A stretch of 64,000 nucleotides of DNA from an uncultured Elusimicrobiales bacterium. Lineage in GTDB: Bacteria; Elusimicrobiota; Elusimicrobia; Elusimicrobiales; Elusimicrobiaceae. Position 1 is the first letter of the stretch. Each line of letters opens with the position of its first letter. Below, in pieces: positions 1 to 10,200 of this stretch. Under the pieces are notes generated by a model. The model did not search any database and was not told where the DNA came from. It saw only the letters and a list, made by a program, of their open reading frames with translations. The stretch is taken from assembly GCA_944325055.1 (NCBI GenBank), contig CALUYP010000018.1:667-64666 (forward strand), written 5' to 3'. Both the position numbers and the translations under genes were made by a program.

Positions 1-1
1 G

Positions 2-991
2 AATATCCAGCTCATCGAACAACTGCCGTCGGTGGAAGCCGCCGCGCCGCATATTTATGGACAAGGTATCATTACCTATGCCGGCCAAAGCGTAGGACTC
101 ATCGTACGAGGATTGGATCCGGAGCAAGAACGCAAAATTAATACTTTGGCTGATTCCGTGGAAGAAGGAACTTTTACGCCGGACTGGCCGAAAGACGCGC
201 CGCCGCCCTTGGTGCTGGGCAGTGAATTGGCAAGTAATCTGGGAGCAGATATAGGCGACGACGTGGTGCTGATTTCCCCTCAATCCATTTCCACCTCGGC
301 AGGGATGTTCCCCAAGATGAAAAAATTCCGCATCAGCGGTCTCTTGCGTACCGGATATTATGAATTTGACAATACCATCGCCTATACGCTTTTACCCCAC
401 GCAAGTGATTTTTTAGGCCTCAAACAAGGCACAACGGGTATTGCCGTCAAGCTCCATAACCTGAACGAAGCCGACCAAGCCGCCGCGCAAATCCAAAATA
501 CCATTGGTTACGGCTATTCGGTGCGCACGTTCGCCCAGCTTAACAGTACGCTCTATGCCGCATTAAAGCTGGAAAAGACCATGATGTTTATTATTCTTTT
601 TTTAATTATTGGCGTAGCTTCGCTTAATATAGCGGGGAATTTAATTTTGTTGGGAACCGAAAAATTGCGCGACATCGGCATCATGCGCGCCATGGGAGCC
701 AGCCCCAAGATGATTCGGAAAGTATTTATGTGGGAAGCGATGGTTATTGCAGGGCTGGGAATCATACTGGGCCTCTTGTTAGCGTGTCTGCTTTGCTGGA
801 TTATTGCTACGTTTAATATTGTAGAACTGCCGGGTGATATTTATTATTTAACCAAAGTGCCGGTACGGATGGAACTGTGGGATATTGTTGCCGTGATTGG
901 AGGCAGCTGTCTGATTTGTTTTGCGGCGGGATTATATCCTGCGGTAAAAGCGTCGCGAGTACACCCCACGGACGCTATACGCTATGGATGA
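2..991 (+). CDS. Lipoprotein-releasing ABC transporter permease, LolC/LolE family (5'-truncated by window edge)
   Basis: The frame is open from position 2 (NIQLIEQLPSVEAAAP...) to TGA at 989-991. A MacB/LolC-type periplasmic domain is followed by a C-terminal FtsX-type TM bundle (MMFIILFLIIGVASLNIAGN...RDIGIMRAMGAS). There is an 8-nt overlap with the downstream ABC ATPase. Confidence 0.8.
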   Translation, partial: NIQLIEQLPSVEAAAPHIYGQGIITYAGQSVGLIVRGLDPEQERKINTLADSVEEGTFTPDWPKDAPPPLVLGSELASNLGADIGDDVVLISPQSISTSAGMFPKMKKFRISGLLRTGYYEFDNTIAYTLLPHASDFLGLKQGTTGIAVKLHNLNEADQAAAQIQNTIGYGYSVRTFAQLNSTLYAALKLEKTMMFIILFLIIGVASLNIAGNLILLGTEKLRDIGIMRAMGASPKMIRKVFMWEAMVIAGLGIILGLLLACLLCWIIATFNIVELPGDIYYLTKVPVRMELWDIVAVIGGSCLICFAAGLYPAVKASRVHPTDAIRYG

Positions 992-1658
992 TATGATCGA
1001 ACTAGAACATTTAACGAAAATTTATGGGCAAGGCGCTGAAAATCTTTGCGTGCTGGAAGATGTCACGCTGACAATACCGCGTGGCCAATTTACCGTACTT
1101 TTAGGTCCCAGCGGCTCGGGGAAAAGCACTCTTTTAAACCTAATTGCCATGTTGGACAAGCCGACCTCCGGCCTTATCCGCGTAGACGGACAAAACCTGA
1201 CCGCCATACGCAGCGAATCAGTCCGTTCGGCGCTGCGGCTTAAAAAAATGGGATTCGTCTTTCAATTTGACGGTCTTTTGCCTGAATTTTCTTTACTGGA
1301 AAATGTAGATCTGCCCGCTTTGATGCGCGGCAAACCCGATCCGAAAAAAGCACAGCAACTGTTGGAAAATCTCGGGCTGGGGGCCATAAGCCACAAGCTT
1401 CCGGCTGATCTGTCCGGCGGCGAAAAGCAACGCGCCAGCATCGCACGCGCCCTGCGCAACGATCCGCCGCTTTTACTGGCAGACGAACCCACCGGCAATT
1501 TGGATATGGCGCGCAAACAGCAGGTATTTGAAGATTTTGCCAAAATGAGCCGTGAAAAAGGTTTAACCATTTTGATGGTTACGCACGACGTACACGCCGC
1601 CGATTATGCAGACGGCGTCTATACCCTGCAAAACCGTAAATTAATCAAAACGAAGTAA
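984..1658 (+). CDS. lolD: Lipoprotein-releasing system ATP-binding protein LolD-like ABC ATPase
   Basis: Motifs seen: Walker A GPSGSGKST, LolD-like Q-loop region GFVFQFDGLLPEFSLLENV, signature LSGGEKQR, Walker B LLLADEPTGNLD and H-loop VTHD. It is translationally coupled to the upstream permease. Confidence 0.85.
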   Translation: MDDMIELEHLTKIYGQGAENLCVLEDVTLTIPRGQFTVLLGPSGSGKSTLLNLIAMLDKPTSGLIRVDGQNLTAIRSESVRSALRLKKMGFVFQFDGLLPEFSLLENVDLPALMRGKPDPKKAQQLLENLGLGAISHKLPADLSGGEKQRASIARALRNDPPLLLADEPTGNLDMARKQQVFEDFAKMSREKGLTILMVTHDVHAADYADGVYTLQNRKLIKTK

Positions 1659-1662
1659 ATAC

Positions 1663-2589
1663 ATGAAAAGACTCCTCTTTTTACTTATTTTTTTACCGTT
1701 GACGGCTTCCGCCTTGTCTGATTGGCAGCAAACCGAGGCGGAATCGGCCGTGCATAAAGTACGCCAAAGCGCAGAAAAAAAGACGTTTAAACAAGTCAAA
1801 GGCGAAGTAAAAGCCGGATTTACCGATTCCATAGTTGATTTGGCCGATCTCTATTATGAAGGAATTGGCACCAAAAAGAATTATAAAAAAGCATATCGAT
1901 ATTATCAGAAAGCCGCCCGCCAAGGCAATGCCTATGCCGCCTATTCACAGGCGTTTATGTTGATGTATGGAGAGGGCGTGAAAAAAAATCCCCCAAAAGC
2001 CTTTCATATGTTTTCCGAATTAGCGGATAACGGGTTTGAACTGGCTGCTTTGGAGATGTACCGTGCTTACCAGAACGGAAACGGATGTGAAAAAGATGCC
2101 GCTCAAGCGCGTCAATGGCTGGAAAAGGCCGCTAATTACCGGGTGCCGACGGGTCTTTTATATTTGGGGATGGAAGTGGCGGAAGAAGATCCCGTACGCG
2201 GATTTTTTCTGTTAAAAGAGGCCGCTGATTTAGAAGACAAACGCGCCCAGTATTTAACGGCGCTTTGTTACCAAGAAGGGAAAGGGGCACCCGCTAATGC
2301 AAGGAGAGCTTTTGAGTATATGTTATTGTCCGCCAAACAGCATTATGGTCCGGCGCAATGGCAAACGGCGCAATGGTATGCGCAAGGGTATGGTACGCGG
2401 AAAAGCGTTTACCAAGAATTCCGTTGGACCCGATTAGCTGCCTTGGAACAAGTTCCCCAAGCGCAAGAACGTTTAGCGCAAATGTATGAAGAGGGGATAG
2501 GCACTCCTATTGATAAAAAATTAGCCAAAAAATGGTACAAAGAAGCCAAAAAAAATAAAAAGGAAGAGGAAGCGGAAACATGGAACTGA
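1663..2589 (+). CDS. Secreted Sel1-like repeat (SLR/TPR-like) protein
   Basis: Signal peptide MKRLLFLLIFLPLTASA|LS. About 6 tandem Sel1-type repeats follow (e.g. YYEGIGTKKNYKKAYRYYQKAARQGNAYA). The start lies 4 nt after the lolD stop. Confidence 0.8.
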   Translation: MKRLLFLLIFLPLTASALSDWQQTEAESAVHKVRQSAEKKTFKQVKGEVKAGFTDSIVDLADLYYEGIGTKKNYKKAYRYYQKAARQGNAYAAYSQAFMLMYGEGVKKNPPKAFHMFSELADNGFELAALEMYRAYQNGNGCEKDAAQARQWLEKAANYRVPTGLLYLGMEVAEEDPVRGFFLLKEAADLEDKRAQYLTALCYQEGKGAPANARRAFEYMLLSAKQHYGPAQWQTAQWYAQGYGTRKSVYQEFRWTRLAALEQVPQAQERLAQMYEEGIGTPIDKKLAKKWYKEAKKNKKEEEAETWN

Positions 2590-3197
2590 TAGAAACCCGT
2601 ACAGGTCTAGCCATTATTTTTATTTTGGCTATTGCTCTTTTTTTCTTACGGAAGCATTCCCATAATCCATTAAAAAAAACATTGGAAAAAGCCTCTGTAG
2701 GCGACTCGCAGGCCCAATATGAAATGGGACGTTTTTATTATCAAGGCAAACATATTGAAAAAGATTACATCCAAGCCTTGAATTGGTTTGATACGGCGGC
2801 CAAAAACGGCCATGTTCCGGCTATGAACGCTCTGGCCGGAATGTACAACGCCGGACACGGATGCGAAAACCCCCAGCCTGAAAAAACATTTTTTTGGTAT
2901 CAATCCGCCGCCGATACCGGCGATTTTGAAGCACGCGTTAATTTGGCGGTGTGTTATTTAAACGGAATCGGAATTGAGAAAAATGAAGCAAAAGGATTTG
3001 AAATAATGAAATCCGCGGCGGACGCCAAAAGCCCTATCGCTCAAACACTGACCGGCGATCTATATGAACGCGGAATCGGGACGGAAAAAGACGAAAAACA
3101 AGCTCTGCATTATTATTTTTTGGCTTCCAAACAGGGCGAACCTATGGCGAAACGCAAGATCAAAAAAATACAAGAACAAATCATGAGAAAACGCTAA
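2580..3197 (+). CDS. Membrane-anchored Sel1-like repeat protein
   Basis: An N-terminal TM helix (LAIIFILAIALFFL) is followed by about 4 Sel1 repeats (YYQGKHIEKDYIQALNWFDTAAKNGH...). The start overlaps the upstream stop by 10 nt. Confidence 0.8.
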   Translation: MELIETRTGLAIIFILAIALFFLRKHSHNPLKKTLEKASVGDSQAQYEMGRFYYQGKHIEKDYIQALNWFDTAAKNGHVPAMNALAGMYNAGHGCENPQPEKTFFWYQSAADTGDFEARVNLAVCYLNGIGIEKNEAKGFEIMKSAADAKSPIAQTLTGDLYERGIGTEKDEKQALHYYFLASKQGEPMAKRKIKKIQEQIMRKR

Positions 3198-3216
3198 ATT
3201 CAGCTCTATCATAAAC

Positions 3217-3245
3217 CAGGCCGCCCGGATAATAAGGGCGGCCTG
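3217..3245. terminator. Perfect 10-bp GC-rich hairpin between convergent genes (possible factor-independent stop, no U-tract)
   Basis: CAGGCCGCCC-ggataataa-GGGCGGCCTG lies between the stop of the Sel1 gene (3197) and the stop of GH57 (3268). There is no T-run on either side. Confidence 0.45.
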
Positions 3246-3267
3246 ATAGGTTCCTTCAAGCAATCTT

Positions 3268-5637
3268 TTATAAAGCAATCTTCAATTTACGCGCCAATGC
3301 GCGAAGGATATCTTTCTTCTTAGCCTCTTCCCCTAAAGCCCGAAGCCCCAGAAATACAAATTCCTGCGCGCGGACCGTGTCGGGTTCAAAACCGAAAATA
3401 TCCGCGTAATTTAAAAATTCCACCAGTTTAAGAGCCGTCACTTTATCCGAAGGATTGCGGGCAAAGGCAAAGGCCAACAACGTTAATTTTTCACTTACGG
3501 CCTCGCGCACCGGTCCTTTGGAAACATCCAATCCCAAAGTCTTTACATCCTCCATCAATTCTTCCACTGCATTGACATCCACATCAACCGCCCGGAATTC
3601 CGCTTCCAGATCCAGCGACAGCACAAACTCCGCCACCGTCAAAAACGGTTTGGGAATCGGCGTACCGATTAACTGCAACCCGCGCACCACCGGATACTGT
3701 TCTTCGAACACTTGGGTAAACTTTTTATCCGTTTCTTCTTCCATTTTCCGCAAGACCAAATCCACCACTTTACGGCGCACGTCTTGGAACATAGATACCA
3801 ACGGATATTGCTTGGGGAAGGATTGTCGGATAAAAGCGGCGCAATCGTCATACTTTTGCGCATGGAACAATTCGGCTATTTTACCAAATACAGCATCCCG
3901 GTCTAAAAAACCCGCCGTTCCGGCAGCGCACAAGAAATTGGTTGAACCCTGCTGAAAAATGGCGAAGCAGATATTTCGTTCCAAAAGAGTAGTACGCGAT
4001 TTAAGCGTAATATCTCCGTAACATAAATGAAATCCCGGCGCCGCCAATTTTTGCGGTGCATAGTTTAACACGTCGCATTCATATGCTCTTTGCGGATTTA
4101 CCGTATCATCCGCCAACAACGAAACTACATGCTCCAAAGCTATTTTTTCAATCGGCATGGCTTGCGGTTTTACATAACGTTCATATACAACCGCACCGTT
4201 TTTAAGTTCCTTAAGATTACTGGGCGCCTGCGCTAATTTCTCTATAAAAGCAGGTTCCAGATCCACCCCGGTAATCATATGATTGAGTTCTATAGCGCGG
4301 GCGGCGTACTGCATAATCTGTACCGTTTCAATACCGCTTACCTCGTCGAAAAACCAACCGCAGCTGGTATACATAAGCATCGCGTTTCGCTGCATTTCCA
4401 GTAACATCAGCGCAGTAGGCCGGTCATTCCATGCTTTCTCCGTAGCGTGTTTTAAAAAGAACTGATGCTGGGCATCTAAAGACCGGTCCAATATCAAATT
4501 GATGTAATCATTTCGGGCGTCCCACGGATTTTTAAAATACGCCGAGCCGGTATGTTCAAAAGTTTTAATCAACTCATCGCGTACAAAATCCAACGCCGCG
4601 CGCAACGGGCCGCGCCATTTTTGATGCCAGCCGGGCTTCATACCGGAATTGCAGCCGCAATTCGAACGCCACCGCTCCACCCCGTGAAAACAACTCCAAG
4701 AAGAATTTTCCACTATTTGCGCTTCGTAAGCGGGTGGATTTTTCTCCAAAAATTCCCCATAAACGGTTAATTCCACATCGGGTGTTTCTTCTACTTTTCG
4801 CAAACAATATGCTAATGCCATCTCGGCGAATTTCTGATGGTGTCCGTAAGTTTCTCCGTCGGTAGCAATATTCATCAATTGCGCTTCTTCACTGTTATTG
4901 TACGTACCCAACAGGCGGGAAGCGAATTTCTCGCCGGAAGAAAGCGTATCGGAAAAAGCAATTCCTTGGGAGATCGGGCCGTCATAAAAAAACAGGACAA
5001 TGCTTTTTCCGCTGGGCAAATTACACCGGTAGGCGCGTTTCGGATCCACCCCGGCGCCCACTTCCTGCCATTTTTCTTCGCCTATTTTGCGAATCCTTTT
5101 ACATTGTCCCGGCGCTAAAATCACAAATTTCATACCTTCGCCAGCCAACACTTCCAAGGTTTCGGTGTTACAAGCCGTTTCGGCCAGCCAAACGGCTTCC
5201 GGCTTACGTTTAAAACGTTTTTCAAAATCGGCGATTCCCCATTTTACCTGAGTGACTTTATCATGTGCGTTGGCAAGAGGCAAGATCATATGATTGTACA
5301 CTTGGGCGATTGCACAGCCGTGCCCGCCGAAGCGTTCCCGTCCCTGCTTATCGGCCTCTAAGACAGCTTGGTATACTTCCGGCTCATTTTTTTCCAGCCA
5401 TGATAACAGTGTGGGCCCAAAGTTAAAACTGATTCGGGCATAATTATTGGTTAAATCGATTAAATCTCTGTTTCCGTCCAACACGCGCGCCATGGAGTTG
5501 GGGGAGTAACACTCGGCGCAGATACGGCTGTTCCAATCGTGGAACGGAGCTGCGCTGTCTTGGATTTCAATTTCTTCCAGCCAAGCATTTTCGCGCGGGG
5601 GCTGGTAAAAGTGTCCGTGTATACAAAGATATTTCAT
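3268..5637 (-). CDS. Glycoside hydrolase family 57 protein (alpha-glucan-active; GH57 catalytic domain plus long C-terminal extension)
   Basis: The N-terminus MKYLCIHGHFYQPPRENAW is GH57 region I. AVWLAETAC is the nucleophile-Glu region and ATDGETYGHH the acid/base-Asp region. The start was trimmed to ATG 5637; the ORF-track start at 5673 adds 12 non-conserved aa. Confidence 0.85.
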   Translation of the reverse strand: MKYLCIHGHFYQPPRENAWLEEIEIQDSAAPFHDWNSRICAECYSPNSMARVLDGNRDLIDLTNNYARISFNFGPTLLSWLEKNEPEVYQAVLEADKQGRERFGGHGCAIAQVYNHMILPLANAHDKVTQVKWGIADFEKRFKRKPEAVWLAETACNTETLEVLAGEGMKFVILAPGQCKRIRKIGEEKWQEVGAGVDPKRAYRCNLPSGKSIVLFFYDGPISQGIAFSDTLSSGEKFASRLLGTYNNSEEAQLMNIATDGETYGHHQKFAEMALAYCLRKVEETPDVELTVYGEFLEKNPPAYEAQIVENSSWSCFHGVERWRSNCGCNSGMKPGWHQKWRGPLRAALDFVRDELIKTFEHTGSAYFKNPWDARNDYINLILDRSLDAQHQFFLKHATEKAWNDRPTALMLLEMQRNAMLMYTSCGWFFDEVSGIETVQIMQYAARAIELNHMITGVDLEPAFIEKLAQAPSNLKELKNGAVVYERYVKPQAMPIEKIALEHVVSLLADDTVNPQRAYECDVLNYAPQKLAAPGFHLCYGDITLKSRTTLLERNICFAIFQQGSTNFLCAAGTAGFLDRDAVFGKIAELFHAQKYDDCAAFIRQSFPKQYPLVSMFQDVRRKVVDLVLRKMEEETDKKFTQVFEEQYPVVRGLQLIGTPIPKPFLTVAEFVLSLDLEAEFRAVDVDVNAVEELMEDVKTLGLDVSKGPVREAVSEKLTLLAFAFARNPSDKVTALKLVEFLNYADIFGFEPDTVRAQEFVFLGLRALGEEAKKKDILRALARKLKIAL

Positions 5638-5770
5638 ATATATATTTATAGCAATTAATGCTAAAATATGCACAACCCTGTATGCTCCGTCGAAAGGACT
5701 TGACGGTAAAACGGATGCGGTTATACTATAAAAGACTCGCCAAACAGTTCAGTCAATTCAAGGGGATACT

Positions 5771-7096
5771 ATGAAAAAAACATTTATTTTGGATACCAAC
5801 GTTCTATTACATGATGTCAACTGTCTGCACGCGTTTGAAGACAACGACATCATCATCCCGATGGCGGTTATCGAAGAATTAGACGCTTTCAAAAGCGAAA
5901 GCGACACCCGCGGAAAAAACGCCCGTATGGTTTCCCGCGCACTGGATGAAATGCGTAAACAAGGGCGCTTAAATGAAGGGGTCAAGCTGGCCAAAGGCGG
6001 GATCTTAAAGATTGAATTGGATAAACCGAATATGCTGCCTCAGTCTTTAGCGTTTAACAAAGCCGATAATTCTATCCTAAACATTGCATATACCTTAAGC
6101 AAGAAAGAAAGTTCCTATAAAAAAAATACGGCGCCGGTGATTGTGGTCACCAAAGACATCAATATGCGTCTAAAAGCGGACGCGCTCGGTCTTTCCGCGC
6201 AGGATTATACAACTGATAAAGTGAATGTGGACGAGCTCTACACCGGCGTAGCTGAGATGGAAGTTCCGCCGGAACAGATTGATGCTTTCTACCGGGATAA
6301 AAAATTACCGGTAGATTCCTCGGTGTACTTTCCCAATGAATTTATTATTTTAAAATCCGCCGACGGAAGCAAAAAATCCGCTATTGGGCGCGTTTCCAAC
6401 GGGGCTGAATTTGTATTGAAGCCTCTTTCTTCCCAAGAACCGGTAGCATGGGGTATAAAACCCCTGAATAAAGAACAGCGTTTCGCCATGGAACTTTTAT
6501 TAGACGACAGCTTGGATATTGTTACCTTAGTCGGCACGGCCGGTACGGGAAAAACGCTGATTACACTGGCAACGGGTCTGCAGCGCACAATGGATGAAAA
6601 CGCTTACCGCCGTTTGGTAGTCTGCCGTTCGATTGTACCGGTAGGAAAAGACTTGGGATTCCTGCCCGGCACGAAAGAAGAGAAATTGGAAGCTTGGATG
6701 GGCGCCATCTACGATAACTTGGCTTTCCTGGCGGACCGCAAAAACCCGGAAGAAGGAGAAGAAAAAGCCCACTATCTGCTGGACAGCGGCAAGATTGAAA
6801 TTGCTTCCGTAACCCATATGCGCGGGCGTTCTCTTCCGGGCCAATACATGATTGTTGATGACGCCCAAAATCTCACTCCGCACGAAATGAAAACCATCCT
6901 TACCCGCGCCGGAGAAGGAACCAAAGTCGTCGTAACGGGAGACCCTTACCAAATTGATACGCCTTACTTGGATGTAGAATCCAACGGGCTGACTTATTTA
7001 GTAGACCGTTTAAAAGGCCAAAAAAGCCATGGACATATTACCTTTACCAAAACCGAACGCAGCCACTTGGCGGATTTGGCTTCCAGACTGTTATAA
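5771..7096 (+). CDS. PIN domain / PhoH-like ATPase fusion (PhoH2 / YlaK family)
   Basis: N-terminal PIN domain (FILDTNVLLHD...IIIPMAVIEELD). C-terminal PhoH P-loop with Walker A GTAGTGKT, Walker B YMIVDDAQNL and VTGDPYQID. An AGGGGA SD lies upstream. Confidence 0.85.
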   Translation: MKKTFILDTNVLLHDVNCLHAFEDNDIIIPMAVIEELDAFKSESDTRGKNARMVSRALDEMRKQGRLNEGVKLAKGGILKIELDKPNMLPQSLAFNKADNSILNIAYTLSKKESSYKKNTAPVIVVTKDINMRLKADALGLSAQDYTTDKVNVDELYTGVAEMEVPPEQIDAFYRDKKLPVDSSVYFPNEFIILKSADGSKKSAIGRVSNGAEFVLKPLSSQEPVAWGIKPLNKEQRFAMELLLDDSLDIVTLVGTAGTGKTLITLATGLQRTMDENAYRRLVVCRSIVPVGKDLGFLPGTKEEKLEAWMGAIYDNLAFLADRKNPEEGEEKAHYLLDSGKIEIASVTHMRGRSLPGQYMIVDDAQNLTPHEMKTILTRAGEGTKVVVTGDPYQIDTPYLDVESNGLTYLVDRLKGQKSHGHITFTKTERSHLADLASRLL

Positions 7097-7142
7097 ATCA
7101 AAAGATAACAGCGGTTTTCTGGGTCCAACCAAAAATGTTTAG

Positions 7143-7180
7143 AAAAGGACCTATGTTAGATATAGGTCCTTTTTCTTTTC
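7143..7180 (+). terminator. Rho-independent terminator after phoH2-like gene
   Basis: GGACCTAT-gttagat-ATAGGTCC, extended by A/T pairs and followed by TTTTTCTTTTC. Confidence 0.8.
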
Positions 7181-7266
7181 TGAGTGGGACTTTTTACCTC
7201 TGGTAAAAGCTCCAAAAAAGGATAAAATATAAGAAAGAAATTTCTTAACGACAGGAGCGCTTTTCT

Positions 7267-10200
7267 ATGCAAGCCTTTCTTTGCCGCGTGATGGCATTGG
7301 TTTTTATTCTTAATTGTTTACTTCCCACACCTCAAGTATTAGCACAATCTTTAGAGGAGAAGTCGGCTGAGTTTGCCCAGATAAAGGAAGTTATGAAGGA
7401 TCCTATTCAAGTTCAAGAAAGGCTTCTTCTCCGCCAAAAGGAAGCGTCCTCTCCGGAAATGCAAAAACGCTTGGAGACCGCCGTCACGCAACAACTGGAT
7501 GAAAGTCTCACTGTGGCTCTTGAAAAATATGAAAACGCTATGGGGTTATACGAGCTGTCTGAAGCTATTGAAAATTTACATCAATTAATGAACAAAAAAT
7601 ACCAGGCAGGGCAAGCAGCGCAGAAAAAGATCCAACAAGAGAAAGAACTGAAAACGGCCTTAACGCCCGATATTTACCAAAAAGCAGACGCAATCGTGGG
7701 GAATCCAAACGTTAAGCCCAGCACGCTGAATAAGGAAAACGAGGTATTGGTACGTTTGGCCAAAGATGACTTATTGCCGGTGGACTTAATTGATTATATT
7801 GATCCGTTTGATCCCGCCGCCCAATCTAATTTGGAAAACACCCTCTATGCGGGTGAGATTTTAGGGAATTCATTAGACCTCTTTTTAGCCCAGCCCGATG
7901 CCAATTCCCTGCCGCTTATAAGCAATGAGTTGTTAAACGCCCAACTGCGCATTTTACACCGGCTGAGTCAATTAAAAGCATCCGCTAAAAAATATACGTC
8001 CATTCAAGAAATAATGGCTGTTGGCACATTGCGCATTACGCTGTGGAAAATACACAAATTCTATGAACAAACCGGCGTCGAAGATCCGCTGATGGCTGCA
8101 GCCGTCCCCACAGCCGGTAAAAATACATATGAACTCACAAGATCGGATGCTGCCCTCGCTGGCATGTGGTTTGAAAATCCACAGCTTCCTGACCAGCAGA
8201 ATCCTTATGAACAAATATCTTCCGATTTCTACACTGAAATATGGAATTTAAAGAAAGCTAAACCGGAAGCAGGCAGCTATGACTACCAGTTTCTCTTGAC
8301 ATTGGTCAACTATGCCACCACGTACGCCATGCTATACAATCCACAAGAGGTAGAACGGATTGTCGGCCTCTTTAACGATAAAGAAAAGAAAAATGATTAT
8401 GAGCAACCGTATACTCCGGTAATTAGTACGATTTTCGAAACGGTATTTAGCACCGTAAAATACCTAACTTCTGACGGATGGGTTTGGGAACAAACGCTGG
8501 CAATACTGCAAGACTTATCCGATCCAAAGAATTTTTCCATACCGATTCGTATTTCCGCTTTGGAGATAGCTAGCCTGATGTACGGGTCCAACTCTTCTTG
8601 TCAGAAACCAGAACCCGCATCTTATTCTATTTTTCAAGTTTGCAACAGCGGGAATTCGGCAGACGCAAATCTCCGTTCCATATTTGCCAGACGGACAGTG
8701 GATCTGTATGCCCCGTTAGTCCGGAATCATTATAAGAGTTATGGCCTGGACTCTGAACAAATGAAGGTGTTATCGGATAAATTGGTCAATATCTATAACG
8801 GTTTTTCCAATGCTTCTTTGATGTGGGATTCGAAGCGTTCCCCTATGGCTCCGGGTGCCACGGCTGACGCGGAAGGGAAAACTTTAATTATGAATGACCC
8901 CGCCCTTTCGATTCCGCGAGTAGAAGCAACAGGTCTCCAAGTGCTGTTACCAAACGGCAAGGTCAAGACCTTAGGCGGATTTGGGTATTCTTCGGACGGC
9001 AAATGGATTGAGATGCATATGAACAATCCGAAAAACTATAAAAAGCAGTCTAATGAAATAGCCGTCGATTTCTTCGTTTTCATTGGAAACGTCGTCTTTT
9101 GGGTATACGGAGGCGAAATCTTTACTTTAATTGGCACGGCGTACCGCTGCACCAGAGGCGCTGCCATGGCATTGCCGAAAGCTATTAAAGCTGCAGCTTC
9201 AGCCAACAAAGGACGCCGCACCTTAGCTTTTAGCGTCGAAATCCAAAAGGGGGTTCGCTTTGCAAATTTACAGCGGGATTTAACGAAGAATGGAGTTTTT
9301 CTGGCTAAACAGAATTATGTGGAAAAAACAATAACCAACCCGGAAGGACTCCCCGTAAATCTGTCTTATACTGCGGGGAAGACTTTAACAAGCAAAATCA
9401 TCCGATCCCAACGTGATCTGAGGGGGAAAACTTCTTTTTGGAAATGGCTCAAGGATGGGAAAAAGCCTTCTATTGAAAAAATATCTTTCCAACAGATTGT
9501 TCCCGGAGGCATTGTTGAAGGAACAGCGGATGTCGCAGGTACTTCTTTAAGCCGAGGGGTAGGAGATTGGGGACGTTGGCGCAAATTACGAGGATTATTC
9601 CGCAACACACAAGAACCTAAACAACACGTTTTTCCCATAGCTCTTGATTTTCCTACTCGTCAATCCTTACAACAACAGTTACGTTTAGGGCAGGCAACAA
9701 CCGAAGCCGCTCGTAATGGTGCTTTCAACTTATGGGTTCCGGTCAAAACGCCCGTTTACGGAAAATCCATCGCAAGCGAAGCAGAAACTTCCACATGGTG
9801 GAATGTGACCTGGTTAGGCCGGCCCGGTAATGAAGGATTTGCATTAACCGCAACCGATCGAGTCTTGATAACTCCGGCGGTCAGCAAAAAAGTGGCTTTA
9901 ACAAAGGTGATTGATCCCACCAAGCTCAACGGGGTGGAGGTTTCTGTCCAGCAAATATTAAATGATTCTTGGAAACAAGCGGTGCTGAATCATTACTTTA
10001 AAGAAGTCCCTAGCAAAGGGATTGGCAAATATATACTGCCTAAATACGTGCCTAATGAAAACTATTGGCAGGCAAGCAAATCCAGTTGGCGTTTTGCACT
10101 TTCGGCGGGAAAAGCTTTTTCAACAAACACCTTTTTCTGGCCGCGCTTTCAGGCTAACTTCATTTTCTTCGGAGCTTGGTGGCTTGCGGACGAAGCCCTG

